Shown here: piece by piece, positions 40,080-55,231 of the stretch | Layout of the letters: each line of letters begins with the position of its first letter | Numbering within the stretch: the stretch's first letter is position 1 | Source of the DNA: Anaeromyxobacter sp. | GTDB lineage: Bacteria; Myxococcota; Myxococcia; Myxococcales; Anaeromyxobacteraceae | DNA: 64,000 bases | Direction of reading: 5' to 3' | Assembly (NCBI GenBank): GCA_049840735.1 | Contig: JASGJN010000022.1 | Span: 512,001-576,000 of the forward strand | Notes under the pieces: model-generated | What the model saw: the letters and a program-made list of their open reading frames with translations, nothing else | Database searches by the model: none | Told to the model about the DNA's origin: nothing | Translations under genes and position numbers: made by a program

Positions 40080-40491
40080 CTTGTTGTCCTCCTGGTCGGC
40101 GCTGCGTCCGATCCGGCGATACCGAGAGTGTGACGGGCCGATTGTTTGTCCCGCGTTTGCGGCGCTGCAAGGTAGGCGGTGCGCTTACCCGAACTCGCGA
40201 CCTCTGACTCCAACGGGGGAGTGGCGCTCACCCGGGTGCTCGCCTCCCGTCCCCAAATTCGATTACCCAACGATCGCGGGTCATTGGGGCGGACCCAGGT
40301 TGGCGGCCCAGGTGATGTAAGCTGGGGTAAATAGGGGCGACTCGGGTTTGGTGTACCTGAGTCACGGGATGCACTTTCATGCACTTTGGGTACGCAAACA
40401 TAACCTGAACGGGTTGCCGCGAGCGTCTGATGCACCGTGCGTGTAACAATGCCCTTCACGACGGACCGAGCTGGTCCGCCCGACCGCGCCC

Positions 40492-43400
40492 ATGACCCGT
40501 TGCCCCATCTGTGGACGCAGAGTGAAAGGGCCTCATCCGCCTTGCGGCGGCGTGGCGCCCGAGCTTCCGGCCCCCTCGGCCGAGCGGCCGGACGTGCCCG
40601 GCTACCGCGTGCAGGCGCTGCTGGGCGAGGGTGGCTTCGCCCGCGTCTTCGAGGCGCAGCGGGTCCCCGACGGCGGCGTGGTGGCGCTCAAGGTGGCGCG
40701 GCCGGAGGCCGCCGGCGCCTCGACGGCGCTGGCCCGCGAGGCGGCGGTGCTGCGCGCGGTGGGACCGCCCACGGTGCCGGCGCTGCTCGAGATCGGGCGG
40801 CTGGCCGGCGGCGGCACGCCCTTCGTGGCCATGGAGCGGCTCACCGGGCCGTCGCTGGCGCAGGCGCTCGAGGAGGCCGGCGGGGCGCTCGAGCCCGCGG
40901 CGGTGGCCGGCGCGGCGCTGGCGCTGCTGGACGCCCTGGAGCGGCTGCACGCCAGCGGCTTCGCCCACGGGGACCTGAAGCCGGAGAACGTGGTGCTGGC
41001 CGGTGAGCCCCCGGTGGCGCGGCTCCTGGACCTGGCGCTGGCGGCGCCGGTCGAGTCGAAGAAGGGGCCGGTGGTGCCGGCGGCGGAGGCGCCCACCGGG
41101 ACGCCGGAGTACATGGCGCCGGAGCAGTGGCGCGGCGAGCGGCCCGGGCCGCGCACCGATCTCTACGCGTTCGGCGCCATGCTGCTGGAGCTCATCACCG
41201 GCCGGCCGCCGTACCTGGGCGCGCCCGCCGAGGTCCGCTACCTGCACGAGAACCTGCGGCCGCCGCTGGGCGGCCTGCCGCGCGGCCTCTCCAAGGTGCT
41301 GGAGGGCTGCCTGGCCAAGTCGGCGGCGGACCGCCCCGCCTCGGCGCGGGCGGTGCGCGAGGCGCTGGAGCCCATCCTGACCCGCGGCCAGGCCGGGGCC
41401 CGGTCCGCTCCCGCGCGCGCCGCCGAGCCGAGCGCCGGCGCGCGGCGGACGGTGGGCGTGGTCTTCCTGGCCACCAGCGCCGACGCCGCCACGCTGCGCG
41501 CCGCCGCGGCCTGGCTGGGCGGCGTGCACGCGCACGCCAGCGTCACCGAGCACGCGCTGGTGTTCGACGCGGTCGGCGTGCTCAACCCGGTGGAGCGCGC
41601 GCTGGCGGCGGCGCGGGCGGCGGTGGCGCGCGGCCTGACCCGCCGCGCGCTGGTGGACCTGGTGCCGGTGCTGGTGCGCGCCCGCCCCGGCGGCGGCGAG
41701 CGCTACCTCTCCTCCGCCTTCTCCCAGCCGGACAGCTGGCTGGGGCCGGACGACCCGCCGGGCGTGCTGCTCACGCGCCGCGCCGGCGATCACCTGCCCG
41801 GCCTGCCGCTGTCCCCCTCGCCGAAGCGGCTCGACCTGCTGGTCTGCCGCGAGCTGCCCAAGGTGGAGCCGACCGTGGTGCGGCAGGGGGCGCCCCCGCT
41901 GCTCGGGCGCGACGACCTGCTGGTGCAGCTGCTGGAGACGGCCCGCTCGGCGGCGCGCGACCGGGCCCCGACGGTGGCGGCGGTGCTGGGCGACGCCGGG
42001 ATGGGCAAGAGCCACCTGGCCGCGGTGCTGGCCGAGCAGCTGCGGGCCGAGCGCGGCTCGGCCTCGGCCCCGGCGCCGGAGGTGGTGGAGCTGCGCGCCC
42101 GCGCCGCCGAGGGCGCGGACGTGCTGGGGCTCCTGCTGCGCTGGCTGCTGGGCGTGGCGCCGGAGGCCACCGCCCCGGCCGACGCCGGGCGGGCGCTGCT
42201 CGCCGCGGCGCTGGCGCCGGACAAGCTCTCCGAGGCCTGGCCCGCCGCGGCCCTGGCCATGGGCTGGCTGGAGCCGGGCGCGCCGGCGCTGGCCGCCTCC
42301 GGCGCCGCCCCCGGCGCCCTGGCCAGCCTGGCGGCGCGCGCCGCGGCGGCGCTGCTGCGCCGGCGCAGCTCCGCCCGCCCGCTCTGCCTGCTGCTCGACG
42401 ACGCCGACCAGGCCAGCGGCGCGGCCCTGGACGCGCTGGAGCAGGCGGCGCTGGCCGAGGAGCACGCCGCGGTGCTGGTGCTGGCGCTGGCCACGCCCGG
42501 CTTCCTGGAGCGGCGCCCGGGCTGGGGCGAGCGCGCCCAGCGCCGGCTGGTGGAGCGTGTGGAGCCGCTCTCGCAGCCGGCCGCGGAGGCCCTCTGCCAG
42601 CAGCTGCTGGCGCCGGCCGAGGGGATCCCGGCCGCGGCGCTGGCCCACCTGGCCGAGCGCGCCGCGGGCGTGCCGCTGCTGATGGTGGAGCTGGTGCGCG
42701 GGCTGCGGGCGGCCGGGCTGGTGCGGCCGCGCCCCGGCGGCCGGACCGCCTACCTGGCCACCGACGAGCTGGACAAGGTGCTCGACCTGCCGGCGGTGGA
42801 GTGGCTGGCCGCGGCCGCGCTGCGCGCCATGCCGCCGGACCTGGCCGCCCACGCGCAGCTGGCGGCGCTGCTGGGCGACGGCGTGGTCGCCGCCGAGGCG
42901 GCCGGCGTGCTCTCCGGGCTGGTCGAGGCCGGCCTGGGCCCGGCCTTCCCGCTCGACGCCGAGGCCGCCACCCGCCGGCTGGTGGAGTTCGGGCTCCTGT
43001 CCCGCCACCGCGACGGGCGGACCAGCTTCCGCCTCCCGGTGGTCCGCGACGCGGTGGCCCGCTCCACGCCGGAGGTGCTGCGCCGGGCCATCCACGAGGC
43101 CGCCTTCCGCTTCCACGCGCGCCCCGGCCCGCTGCCGGAGGTGCTGCGGCTGGGGCGCCTGGCCACCCACGCCGCCGAGACCGGCCGGCGGGCCGAGGCC
43201 GGCGAGGCCTGCCTGGAGCTGGCCGCCGACCGCGCCGCCCGCCACGCCTACGTCGAGGCCGAGGGGTTCTACTCCCGCGCGCTGGGGCTGCTCGACGAGG
43301 GGGCCGCGCGCGGGCGGCTGGAGGGGCTGCGCGGGCGCGGGCTGATGCGCAGCCGCGTGGCGCGCCACCGCGACGCGGTCACCGACCTGGACGCGGCGGC

Positions 43401-44415
43401 GCTGCTGGCCCGCGCGCTCTCCGACGGCGACGCCGAGCGCCACGCCCTGCTGGACGAGGCCACCGCGCTGGACTGGATGAACGACTTCGCCTCGGCGCGC
43501 GACCGGGTCCGCCAGGCGGCCGAGGTGGCCGGGCCGGTGCCCCCGGCGCTGCAGGCGCGGCTGCTGCTGGGCCAGGGGCGGATCCTCTTCCGCGCCTGCC
43601 GCTGGCAGGAGGCGGTGGGGCCGCTGGAGGCCGCCGCCGCCCAGGCAGGCGCGCTGGGCGACGAGGGCTACGAGACGCGGGTGGCGGCGCTGCTCCTGCT
43701 CGGGACGGCGCTGCCGTACCTGGGGCGCATCGAGGCCGCCGAGGCGGCGCTGGGGCAGGCCCGCGACGACGCGGCCGGCCGCGGCGACCTGGTCCACGTG
43801 GCGGTGGCCCTCTCCAACGCCCGCAACCCGGCCCTGGCCCGCGGCGACGCCGAGGGGGCCGCCGCCGGGCTGCGCGAGTCGATCCGCATCGCCCGCACGC
43901 TGGGCCACCTCGACTCCGAGTACTACGCCCGCTACAACCTGGCCGAGCTCCACTACCACCTGGAGGCGCCGGCCGAGGCCGCGCCGCACCTGGAGCGGGC
44001 AGAGGCCATCGAGGCGGCGCACCCGGAGGCCGCGCCCGGGCCGCTGGCCCGGCTGTTGCGGGCGCGGCTCTTGCTGCACGCCGGGGACCTGCCCGGCGCG
44101 GCCCGGGCGCTGGAGCGCTACCGCGAGGCGCGGGCCGCCTGGGCCACCGACACCGCGCCCTCCGAGGCGGTGCTGGCCGACATGGTGGCGCTGGCCACCG
44201 GGGGCGGGAGCGACGCGGACTGGGAGGCGCTGCTGAGCCGGTCCGGGCGCGACTCCGTCGAGCAGGAGCCGCTGGAGGTGCTGGAGGTCCGGGCGCAGGC
44301 CGCGCGGCGCGAGGGGCGGCCGGAGGTGGCGCGCCAGGCGCTGGAGGCGGCGCTGGCGCTGGGGGCGAGGCTGCCCGGGCCGCTCACGGCGCGGATCCGG
44401 CGGGTGCTGTCGTAG
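40492..44415 (+). CDS. Ser/Thr kinase + degenerate cyclase-like + AAA/STAND ATPase + TPR-like repeats
   Basis: [47 protein letters not shown]; helical repeats to C-terminus. Confidence 0.9.
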   Translation: MTRCPICGRRVKGPHPPCGGVAPELPAPSAERPDVPGYRVQALLGEGGFARVFEAQRVPDGGVVALKVARPEAAGASTALAREAAVLRAVGPPTVPALLEIGRLAGGGTPFVAMERLTGPSLAQALEEAGGALEPAAVAGAALALLDALERLHASGFAHGDLKPENVVLAGEPPVARLLDLALAAPVESKKGPVVPAAEAPTGTPEYMAPEQWRGERPGPRTDLYAFGAMLLELITGRPPYLGAPAEVRYLHENLRPPLGGLPRGLSKVLEGCLAKSAADRPASARAVREALEPILTRGQAGARSAPARAAEPSAGARRTVGVVFLATSADAATLRAAAAWLGGVHAHASVTEHALVFDAVGVLNPVERALAAARAAVARGLTRRALVDLVPVLVRARPGGGERYLSSAFSQPDSWLGPDDPPGVLLTRRAGDHLPGLPLSPSPKRLDLLVCRELPKVEPTVVRQGAPPLLGRDDLLVQLLETARSAARDRAPTVAAVLGDAGMGKSHLAAVLAEQLRAERGSASAPAPEVVELRARAAEGADVLGLLLRWLLGVAPEATAPADAGRALLAAALAPDKLSEAWPAAALAMGWLEPGAPALAASGAAPGALASLAARAAAALLRRRSSARPLCLLLDDADQASGAALDALEQAALAEEHAAVLVLALATPGFLERRPGWGERAQRRLVERVEPLSQPAAEALCQQLLAPAEGIPAAALAHLAERAAGVPLLMVELVRGLRAAGLVRPRPGGRTAYLATDELDKVLDLPAVEWLAAAALRAMPPDLAAHAQLAALLGDGVVAAEAAGVLSGLVEAGLGPAFPLDAEAATRRLVEFGLLSRHRDGRTSFRLPVVRDAVARSTPEVLRRAIHEAAFRFHARPGPLPEVLRLGRLATHAAETGRRAEAGEACLELAADRAARHAYVEAEGFYSRALGLLDEGAARGRLEGLRGRGLMRSRVARHRDAVTDLDAAALLARALSDGDAERHALLDEATALDWMNDFASARDRVRQAAEVAGPVPPALQARLLLGQGRILFRACRWQEAVGPLEAAAAQAGALGDEGYETRVAALLLLGTALPYLGRIEAAEAALGQARDDAAGRGDLVHVAVALSNARNPALARGDAEGAAAGLRESIRIARTLGHLDSEYYARYNLAELHYHLEAPAEAAPHLERAEAIEAAHPEAAPGPLARLLRARLLLHAGDLPGAARALERYREARAAWATDTAPSEAVLADMVALATGGGSDADWEALLSRSGRDSVEQEPLEVLEVRAQAARREGRPEVARQALEAALALGARLPGPLTARIRRVLS

Positions 44416-44466
44416 GGGGTCAAACCCTTGCACATTACACTTTCCGGCGCGGGGCGCCCCCCTGCC

Positions 44467-46158
44467 TCACCCGCCCAGCCGCGCCGCCAGCGCGGCGGCC
44501 GCCACCGCGGCCAGCGACTCGCCGGCGATGGCGCCGGCCGCGATCACCGGCGCGAGCCGCTCCAGCTGCGCCGGCCGGAGGCGGCGCCAGAGCTCGCTCC
44601 CCAGCGCCCCGGCGGCCAGCGTCAGCGCGTAGTGGGCGGGGATGATGAGCCCCATGCCCACGGCCCCGGGCGTCGGCACCGGCCACCGCCGGCCCACGCT
44701 GGTGCGGCCGAGCAGGTCGAGGAGCACGCCCAGCGCGAAGGCCACGGCGAACGCCGCCCCGGCGCCGCGCGGCAGCGAGGCGGCGCCGCCGGCCACCAGC
44801 GCCAGCGCCTTCCAGGGCAGCGCCGCGGGGGCGGGCAGGGCCGGGGTGCCGACGGGGTGGGCGGCGGTCACCAGCAGGTAGGCGGGGGCGACCAGCAGCG
44901 CGCCGGCGGCGGTGCCCACCAGCAGCCCCACCGCCTGCCGCCGCGCCGAGGCCGAGAGCACCTGCCCGGCGCGCAGCGCCCAGAGCGACACCGAGGCCTG
45001 CGAGGCCGCGCCGGAGACCACGCCGCCGACGCCCAGGCTGGCCGGCCCGGCCGCGCCCGCGGCCAGGTCGCCCGCCACCTGCGCCAGCTGGCCGATCTCG
45101 CCGGCCGGGGAGATGTCGGTCTGGCCGGTGGCGCGGGCCGACACGCCGCCCAGCACGGGCACCAGCACCAGCGCCAGCGCCAGCGCGCCGGGGCCGAGAT
45201 CGAAGGCCAGGGCGCCGGCGACCCCGACGCACAGCAGCGCGGCGGCGCCGCCCAGCAGCGCGGCCGGGCTGGCGCCGCGCAGGCTGGCCAGGTCGCGCAG
45301 CGCGCCGGGGACCGCGCGCAGGCGGGAGAGCAGCGACACGGTGGCGCCGCCCAGCATCAACCCCACGCCCGGCCAGGCCAGCCAGGCCACCAGCGCGCCG
45401 TACGACGCCTCCGGCACGGCGCCGCTCCGCACCAGCCAGGGCGCCAGCCCGGCCCAGCCGATGGCCGCGCCGCCCAGCACCGCCAGCCCGATGCGCGGCC
45501 CCACGAGCATCCCGGCGCCGGCCATCATGGGGCTCCAGGCGAAGCCCAGGCCGAAGGCGGCCGCCGGCGCGCCGGCCACCGCCAGCGGGGGCGCGCTGAA
45601 GGACGGGATCACACCGGCCACGTCCCGCGCCACGGTCAGCGCGGCGGCGCCGGCGCCCACCCCGGCCAGCACCCGCGCGTCGGCGGCGGCCTCGCCGGCG
45701 GTGGCCTCGATGACCCGCGCGGTGGCCACGCCGGTGGGGAAGGGGAGCCGCTCCTCCTCCAGCAGCCGGCGGCGCAGCCCCAGCCCGAGCGCCACGCCCA
45801 CCCCGCCCAGCCCCAGCGCCCAGGCGGCCAGCAACCACGCGGGGACGCCGCGGCCCAGCATCTCCAGCGCGGGCACCGCCCCCAGCAGCCCGGCGGCCGC
45901 CGGCATGCCGCCCACCGCGGTGGCGGTGGTCTGGGCCAGGTTCACCTCCAGGTGCGAGATCGGCGCACGTCCGCGCCGCGATAGCGCCGGCAGCAGGGCG
46001 GCCGCCAGCAGCGCCGCCACGATGGAGCCGGAGTCCCACCAGCCGGTCCGCAGCCCCATCGACAGGTTGGCCAGGGCCAGCACCGCCCCGGCCACCAGCC
46101 CCACCCCGAGGGCGCGGGGGGTCAGCTCCGGGATGGGCTGCGCGGGCGAGGTCGGCAT
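44467..46158 (-). CDS. OPT/YSL family oligopeptide transporter (start 46158 or 46167)
   Basis: [51 protein letters not shown]. Confidence 0.9.
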   Translation of the reverse strand: MPTSPAQPIPELTPRALGVGLVAGAVLALANLSMGLRTGWWDSGSIVAALLAAALLPALSRRGRAPISHLEVNLAQTTATAVGGMPAAAGLLGAVPALEMLGRGVPAWLLAAWALGLGGVGVALGLGLRRRLLEEERLPFPTGVATARVIEATAGEAAADARVLAGVGAGAAALTVARDVAGVIPSFSAPPLAVAGAPAAAFGLGFAWSPMMAGAGMLVGPRIGLAVLGGAAIGWAGLAPWLVRSGAVPEASYGALVAWLAWPGVGLMLGGATVSLLSRLRAVPGALRDLASLRGASPAALLGGAAALLCVGVAGALAFDLGPGALALALVLVPVLGGVSARATGQTDISPAGEIGQLAQVAGDLAAGAAGPASLGVGGVVSGAASQASVSLWALRAGQVLSASARRQAVGLLVGTAAGALLVAPAYLLVTAAHPVGTPALPAPAALPWKALALVAGGAASLPRGAGAAFAVAFALGVLLDLLGRTSVGRRWPVPTPGAVGMGLIIPAHYALTLAAGALGSELWRRLRPAQLERLAPVIAAGAIAGESLAAVAAAALAARLGG

Positions 46159-46185
46159 CGCGGGCATGATACCGTTCCTTCCGCC

Positions 46186-47517
46186 ATGGTCGACGACCAG
46201 ACCCTCCCGCTGGAGACCTCGCCGGGCGGCCCGCCGCACGCGCCGCTGCCGGCCGGCGCGCGGGTGGGCGACTACGCGGTGCTGGGCGTGCTCGGCAACG
46301 GCACGCACGGCGCGGTCTACCTGGCCGAGCACGTGCGGCTGGGCCGGCGGGTGGCGCTGAAGGTGCTGCACCGGGAGGCGGCCGCCTCGCCCGAGCTGAC
46401 GGCGCGCTTCGTGCGCGAGGCGCGCGCCGTGAACCAGATCCGCCACCCCGGCATCGTGGACGTGTACGACCTGGGCGAGCTCCCCGGCGGCCAGCCCTAC
46501 TGCGTCATGGAGCTGCTGCGCGGCCGCACCCTGCTGGCGGTCATCGCCGAGCGGGCCCCGCTCTCGACGGCCGAGGCGGTGGGCTACCTCGAGCCGCTCT
46601 GCGAGGCGCTGCAGGCGGCCCACGCCGCCGGCGTGGTGCACCGGGACGTGAAGGGGAGCAACGTGATGGTCCTCGACGAGGGCCATCCACCCAAGGTGAA
46701 GCTGCTCGACTTCGGCGTGGCCAAGGTGCGGGATCCGGGCGGGCAGGGGCTGACCGCGGTGGGCGAGCGGCTGGGCACGCCCGCCACCATGTCGCCGGAG
46801 CAGATCCTGGGGCAGCCGGTGGACGCCCGCGCCGACGTCTACGCGCTGGGCGTGCTCTTCTTCCAGCTGCTCACCGGCCGCCGGCCCTTCGAGGCGGAGA
46901 CGCCGGAGGAGCTGGAGCGCCAGCACCTGGAGGTGGCGCCGCCGCGCCCCAGCGACCTGGCGCCGGTGCCGCGGGCCTTCGACGCGGTGGTGGCGCGGGC
47001 GCTGGAGAAGACCGCCGCGCGCCGCTTTCCCTCCGCGCTGGCCCTGCTGGAGGCGGCGCGGGCCGCGCTGGAGCCCTCGCAGGCCTCCGGCACGCGGCGC
47101 ACCGCGGCGCTGGCGGTGCACGTGGTGACCCGCGTGACCGCCGGCGGCGAGGCGGTGCTGCTGGCCCAGGCCGACGCGGTGGAGTCGGCCGAGGCGGCGC
47201 TGCGGCGGGCCGGCTTCGAGCTGCTCCACGCCACCGGCTCCTCGCTGCTGGCGGTGAAGGTGCAGCCGCCTGCGGCGCTGGACGCGCGGGCCGCGGCGGT
47301 CGAGGCGCTGGCCCTGGGGCGCTGGCTGGCGGCGGCGCCGCTCGACGCCGACGTGCAGCTGGGGGTGGCGGTCCACGCCGCCGAGGCCGAGGTGCGCGAC
47401 ACCGCCGGCGGGCCGGAGGTCGCGGGCGGCCCCATCTGCCGGACCGAGGCCTGGATCCCGTCGCAGCCCATGGGCTTCATGGCCACCCCGGCGGCCCTGG
47501 CCGCGGCCGGCGAGTAG
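46186..47517 (+). CDS. Ser/Thr protein kinase with C-terminal degenerate cyclase-like domain
   Basis: [38 protein letters not shown]; tail LGVAVH...VAGG. Confidence 0.9.
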   Translation: MVDDQTLPLETSPGGPPHAPLPAGARVGDYAVLGVLGNGTHGAVYLAEHVRLGRRVALKVLHREAAASPELTARFVREARAVNQIRHPGIVDVYDLGELPGGQPYCVMELLRGRTLLAVIAERAPLSTAEAVGYLEPLCEALQAAHAAGVVHRDVKGSNVMVLDEGHPPKVKLLDFGVAKVRDPGGQGLTAVGERLGTPATMSPEQILGQPVDARADVYALGVLFFQLLTGRRPFEAETPEELERQHLEVAPPRPSDLAPVPRAFDAVVARALEKTAARRFPSALALLEAARAALEPSQASGTRRTAALAVHVVTRVTAGGEAVLLAQADAVESAEAALRRAGFELLHATGSSLLAVKVQPPAALDARAAAVEALALGRWLAAAPLDADVQLGVAVHAAEAEVRDTAGGPEVAGGPICRTEAWIPSQPMGFMATPAALAAAGE

Positions 47518-47657
47518 GCCGCGCGCCGGCGCCGGCGCGGGAGGCCGGTGCCCGGTTGTGCGGCAGCGCCGGCCCCGGGTCCGTGCAGCGCGCGGGCCGG
47601 GGCCCCCGGCCGCGCGTCCAACCTGCCCTCTCCACGTGCACCGCGCGGGCGCCCGCT

Positions 47658-47673
47658 GGGCCGGCCTCTTGCA
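47658..47673 (+). promoter_or_regulatory. Candidate sigma54 promoter of the transglutaminase/ligase operon
   Basis: GGGCCGG-CCTC-TTGCA: GG and TTGCA at exact -24/-12 spacing, 27 bp before the GTG. Confidence 0.5.
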
Positions 47674-47700
47674 GTCACCCGGGACAGCCCCGGGGATCGC

Positions 47701-51012
<3,312 letters not shown>

Positions 51013-52737
51013 GTGGACCCGGCCCTGCTCGAGGAGCTGCGCGCGCACGACGCCGAGGTGGCGCGCCGCGGGCTGCCCATCTGGATCGGGGCCGAGCCGA
51101 CCTTCACCGACCGTTCATCGCTCGACCCGCCCTGGCTCTTCCTGGCGGCGGGCGGCGACAAGGAGGCGCGGGCGCGGCGCCTGCTGGAGGCGCTGGCCCC
51201 GCGGCTGCCCGGCCCGGTGCGGCTGCGCCGCGTGCGCGGCCGGCGCTACCCGGGGGAGGAGGCGCCGCGCTTCTGCCTGGGCGTGCGCTTCCCGCGCCAG
51301 GGCCCGCCCTCCCATGCGCCCCCAGAGGCGGTGCAGCTGGACGAGGAGGGCACGGCCCCCGAGCCGGGGGGCGACGCCTGGCTGACGGTGACGCCCGATC
51401 CCGGCGTGGTGGAGGTGAACACCGATCCGCTGCCCGACCTCTGCGCCTTCGCGGCGCGGATCGAGGCGCTCTACGCCGCCGCGGCCGAGGCCGGCCTCTC
51501 GCCGGTGCGCTGGCGCTACAACGGCGACCGGACCGACTCCGGCGGCGGCGGCCAGCTCACGCTGGGCGGCCCGGCGCCGGAGCGGAGCCCGTTCTTCGCG
51601 CGGCCGCAGCTCCTGCCGCGGCTGGTCCGCTACCTGAACCGCCACCCGGCGCTCTCCTACGCCTTCGCGCCGGAGTGCGTGGGGAGCGCCGGCCAGGGGC
51701 CGCGCCCGGACGAGGGGGCGCGCGAGCGGTTCGAGGAGCTGCCGGTGGCGCTGGAGGCGCTGGCGTCCCACGGCGAGCGGGTCTCGCCGGAGGAGCTGTT
51801 CGCGGCGCTGGGGCCGCTGCTGGTGGACGGGGCCGGCAACCCGCACCGCGCCGAGCTCAACGTGGAGAAGCTCTGGAACCCGGCCCACGACCGCGGGCAG
51901 CTGGGGGTGGTGGAGCTGCGCGCGCTGCGCATGCCGCCCACGCCGGCGCGGCTGGCGGCGGTGGCCTGGCTCTTCCGCGCCGTGGCGGCGCGGCTGGCCA
52001 GCGCGCCCTACGAGGAGCCGCTGCTGGACTGGGGCGCCCAGCTGCACGAGCGCCACGGGCTGCCCTGGTTCCTGCGCCGCGACCTGGAGGCGGTGCTGGA
52101 GGACCTGGCCGTGCACGGGCTGGGCGCCGGGCCGGCGCTGCAGGCGGAGCTCTTGCGCCCGCCCGAGCCGGTGGCCACGGTGGCGCTCCCGGGCGGCGGC
52201 ACGCTGGAGCTCACGCCGGCGCTGGCCTTCTGGCCGCTGCTGGGCGACGTGGCCTCGCAGGAGGGGCGCGGCGCGCGGCTGGTGGACGCCTCCTCGGCCC
52301 GGGTGCAGCTGCTGCTCACGCCGCCGGAGGGCGGCGTCCCCGGCCGGCTCGCCGCCGGCGGCTGGCGCGTGCCGCTCCACCCGGTCCCCGGCGGCGGCGC
52401 GCGGCGGCTGGGGAGCGTGCTCTACCGCAGCTTCACCCCGCGCCCCGGGCTGCACCCGGGGCTGGGGCCGGACGATCCGCTGGTGCTGGACTGGGAGCGC
52501 GGCCCCGACCGGCTCCGCGTGGCGCTGCACGGCTGGGCGCCGGGCGGCGGCGCCTACGACGGCCTCCCCGGCGACGAGGCCGAGGCCGCCCGCCGCCGCG
52601 CCGCGCGGGTGGTGGTCTCGCCCGGCCTGCCGCTGGAGCCGCGCCAGGGGCGCGCCAGCGGCTGGGTGCTCGACCTGCGCCGCCCCGCCACCGCGCTCCT
52701 GCAGCCCTCCGCCTCCCCCCACCCCGCCGTCCCCTGA
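51013..52737 (+). CDS. Stand-alone DUF2126-type putative amidoligase
   Basis: [40 protein letters not shown]. Confidence 0.85.
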   Translation: MDPALLEELRAHDAEVARRGLPIWIGAEPTFTDRSSLDPPWLFLAAGGDKEARARRLLEALAPRLPGPVRLRRVRGRRYPGEEAPRFCLGVRFPRQGPPSHAPPEAVQLDEEGTAPEPGGDAWLTVTPDPGVVEVNTDPLPDLCAFAARIEALYAAAAEAGLSPVRWRYNGDRTDSGGGGQLTLGGPAPERSPFFARPQLLPRLVRYLNRHPALSYAFAPECVGSAGQGPRPDEGARERFEELPVALEALASHGERVSPEELFAALGPLLVDGAGNPHRAELNVEKLWNPAHDRGQLGVVELRALRMPPTPARLAAVAWLFRAVAARLASAPYEEPLLDWGAQLHERHGLPWFLRRDLEAVLEDLAVHGLGAGPALQAELLRPPEPVATVALPGGGTLELTPALAFWPLLGDVASQEGRGARLVDASSARVQLLLTPPEGGVPGRLAAGGWRVPLHPVPGGGARRLGSVLYRSFTPRPGLHPGLGPDDPLVLDWERGPDRLRVALHGWAPGGGAYDGLPGDEAEAARRRAARVVVSPGLPLEPRQGRASGWVLDLRRPATALLQPSASPHPAVP

Positions 52738-52747
52738 GGATCGCCCG

Positions 52748-54225
52748 ATGCCCGCCGCGAGACTCGCCCCGCTCCCCGATCTCTTCACCACCTACGAGCC
52801 GCTCCCCGGCGCGTACGACGAGGCCTTCGACCTCCACGGCCGCCCGCGCCCGGGCCAGGGCGGCGCGCTGGACGCGCTGGCGTCGTTCACCCCGGAGGCC
52901 TTCGCCGAGCAGCAGCGGCTGGCCGAGCTGGCCCTGCTCAACCAGGGCGTGACCTTCTCCGTCTACTCGGACGACCGCGGCAGCGAGAAATCTTCCCGTT
53001 CTGCCTGGTGCCGCGGATCATCTCCGCCGACGACTGGGCGCGGCTGGAGCGCGGCCTGACCCAGCGCGTGCGCGCGCTGGAGCTGTTCCTGGACGACGTC
53101 TACGGCGAGCAGCGCGTCTTCGCGGAGCAGCCGCTGCTCCGGGACCTGGCGCTGGGCAGCAAGGGGTTCCTGCCCAGGCTGCGCGGGGTGAGGCCGCCCG
53201 GCGGGGTCCGCATCCACGTCTCCGGCGTGGACCTGATCCGCGATCCGGCCGGCACCTTCCTGGTGCTGGAGGACAACCTGCGCACGCCCTCTGGCGTCTC
53301 CTACGTGCTGGAGAACCGGCTCCTCTCCAAGCGGATCATCCCGGGCGTGCTGGACCGGGCCCGCGTGCACGGCGTGGACGCCTACCCGGAGCGGCTGGCC
53401 GCGGCGCTGCGCTCGGTCTCGCCCGCAGATCCAGACCGCTGCGCCGCGGTGGTGCTCACCCCTGGGCCGTACAACTCGGCCTACTTCGAGCACTCCTTCC
53501 TGGCCCGCACCATGGGGCTGGAGCTGGTGCAGGCGGCCGACCTCTACGTGGACGACGAGAAGGTCTGGGCCCGCACCACCCGCGGCCCGCGCCGCGTGCA
53601 CGTCATCTACCGGCGCACCGACGAGAGCTTCCTCGACCCGGAGGCCTTCCGGCCCGACTCGCAGCTGGGCGTGCGCGGGCTGATGCGGGCCTACGCCGCC
53701 GGGAACGTGGCGCTGGCCAACGCGCCCGGGAACGGCGTGGCGGACGACAAGGCGGTGTATCCGTTCGTGCCGGACCTGATCCGCCACTACCTCGGCGAGG
53801 AGCCGCTGCTGGGCCAGGTGCCCACCTACCTCTGCGCGCGCGACGCCGACCGCGAGTACGTGCTGGAGCACCTGGCCGAGATGGTGGTGAAGGTGGTGGA
53901 CGAGGCGGGCGGCTACGGCATGCTGATGGGGCCGCAGGCCAGCGCCGCCGAGCGCGAGGAGTTCCGGCGGCGCATCCTGGCCGAGCCGCGCCGCTACATC
54001 GCGCAGCCGCGGGTGGAGCTCTCCACCTGCCCGACCTGGACCGGCGAGCGCATGGCGCCCCGCCGCGTGGACCTGCGCCCGTACATCCTCAACGGCCGCG
54101 ACGGCCCCTGGGTGCTGCCCGGCGGGCTCACCCGCGTGGCGCTGGTGGAGGGATCCTACGTGGTCAACTCGAGCCAGGGCGGCGGCAGCAAGGACACCTG
54201 GGTGCAGAAGGAGGGCCGACCGTGA
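52748..54225 (+). CDS. Circularly permuted ATP-grasp protein; one frameshift near 52989
   Basis: [65 protein letters not shown]; one added base restores [13 protein letters not shown]. Confidence 0.93.
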
Positions 54226-55187
54226 TCTCCCGCGTCGCCGATCACTGCTTCTGGCTGGGGCGCTACCTCGAGCGGGCCGAGGGGACCGCCCGCGTGCTCC
54301 AGGTGACCCGCAACCTGGCGCTGGACGGGGCGCTCTCGCCCCGCACCTGCTGGCACCCGGTGGTGGTGGTGGCCGGGGAGGAGGTGCCGTTCCAGGCCCG
54401 CTTCCCGGCCGGCGCCGAGGACGCCGAGCTGGTGCAGCGCTGGCTGTCCTGGGACGAGGAGAACCCCAGCTCCATCCGCCGCTCGGTGGCCGCGGCCCGC
54501 GAGAACGCCCGCTCCATCCGCGAGGTGGTGAGCCTGGAGATCTGGGAGGCGGTGAACGAGCTGCACCTCTGGCTGGCCGGCCCGGAGGCCGAGGCGCGCT
54601 GGCGGGCCGACCGGCACGGCTTCTACCGGCAGGTGCGCCACAGCATCCAGCTGGCCCAGGGGCAGGTGCAGGGGACCATGCTGCACGAGGACCCCTACGA
54701 CTTCATCGTGCTGGGCGTGATGCTCGAGCGGGCCGGTCAGATCGCCCGCATCCTCGACGTCCACCACCACGCGCTGGCCGCGGAGGCCGCGCATCGCGTG
54801 GTGGAGACGGCGGTGTTCCTGGCGCTGCTCCGGGCCTGCTCCGGCTTCGAGCCCTTCATGAAGCGGAGCCGCGGGGCGGTCACGCCGGGCGCCATCGCCT
54901 CCTTCCTGGTGCAGGACCCGCGCTTCCCGCGCTCCATCCGCTTCGCGCTCGGCACCGCGCTCAACCGGCTGGAGCGGCTGGGCGCCGCGGACCGCGGCGA
55001 GAGCCTGGAGCGGCTCCGGGCGCTGGAGGGGTGGCTCGCCTTCCAGCAGCCCGGCGCGCTGGGGCGCGAGGAGCTGCACGCGCTGCTGACGCGGGTGGTG
55101 GACGGCACGGCGCAGATCTGCGAGGCGGTGGGGCGCGAGCTGCTGGGGCAGGCGCCGGCGATGGCCCAGGCGGGCGTCGCCCAGTGA
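54222..55187 (+). CDS. Alpha-E domain protein
   Basis: [43 protein letters not shown] overlap with upstream gene. Confidence 0.93.
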   Translation: MISRVADHCFWLGRYLERAEGTARVLQVTRNLALDGALSPRTCWHPVVVVAGEEVPFQARFPAGAEDAELVQRWLSWDEENPSSIRRSVAAARENARSIREVVSLEIWEAVNELHLWLAGPEAEARWRADRHGFYRQVRHSIQLAQGQVQGTMLHEDPYDFIVLGVMLERAGQIARILDVHHHALAAEAAHRVVETAVFLALLRACSGFEPFMKRSRGAVTPGAIASFLVQDPRFPRSIRFALGTALNRLERLGAADRGESLERLRALEGWLAFQQPGALGREELHALLTRVVDGTAQICEAVGRELLGQAPAMAQAGVAQ

Positions 55188-55231
55188 CCCCGTGACGCCG
55201 GCCCGACCGGCACGTATCTTTCCAGGCGCCC

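Noticed and set aside
55207..55223. CGGCACGTATCTTTCC as an internal sigma54 promoter
   Set aside because: Lacks the -12 GC and lies too close to the ATG
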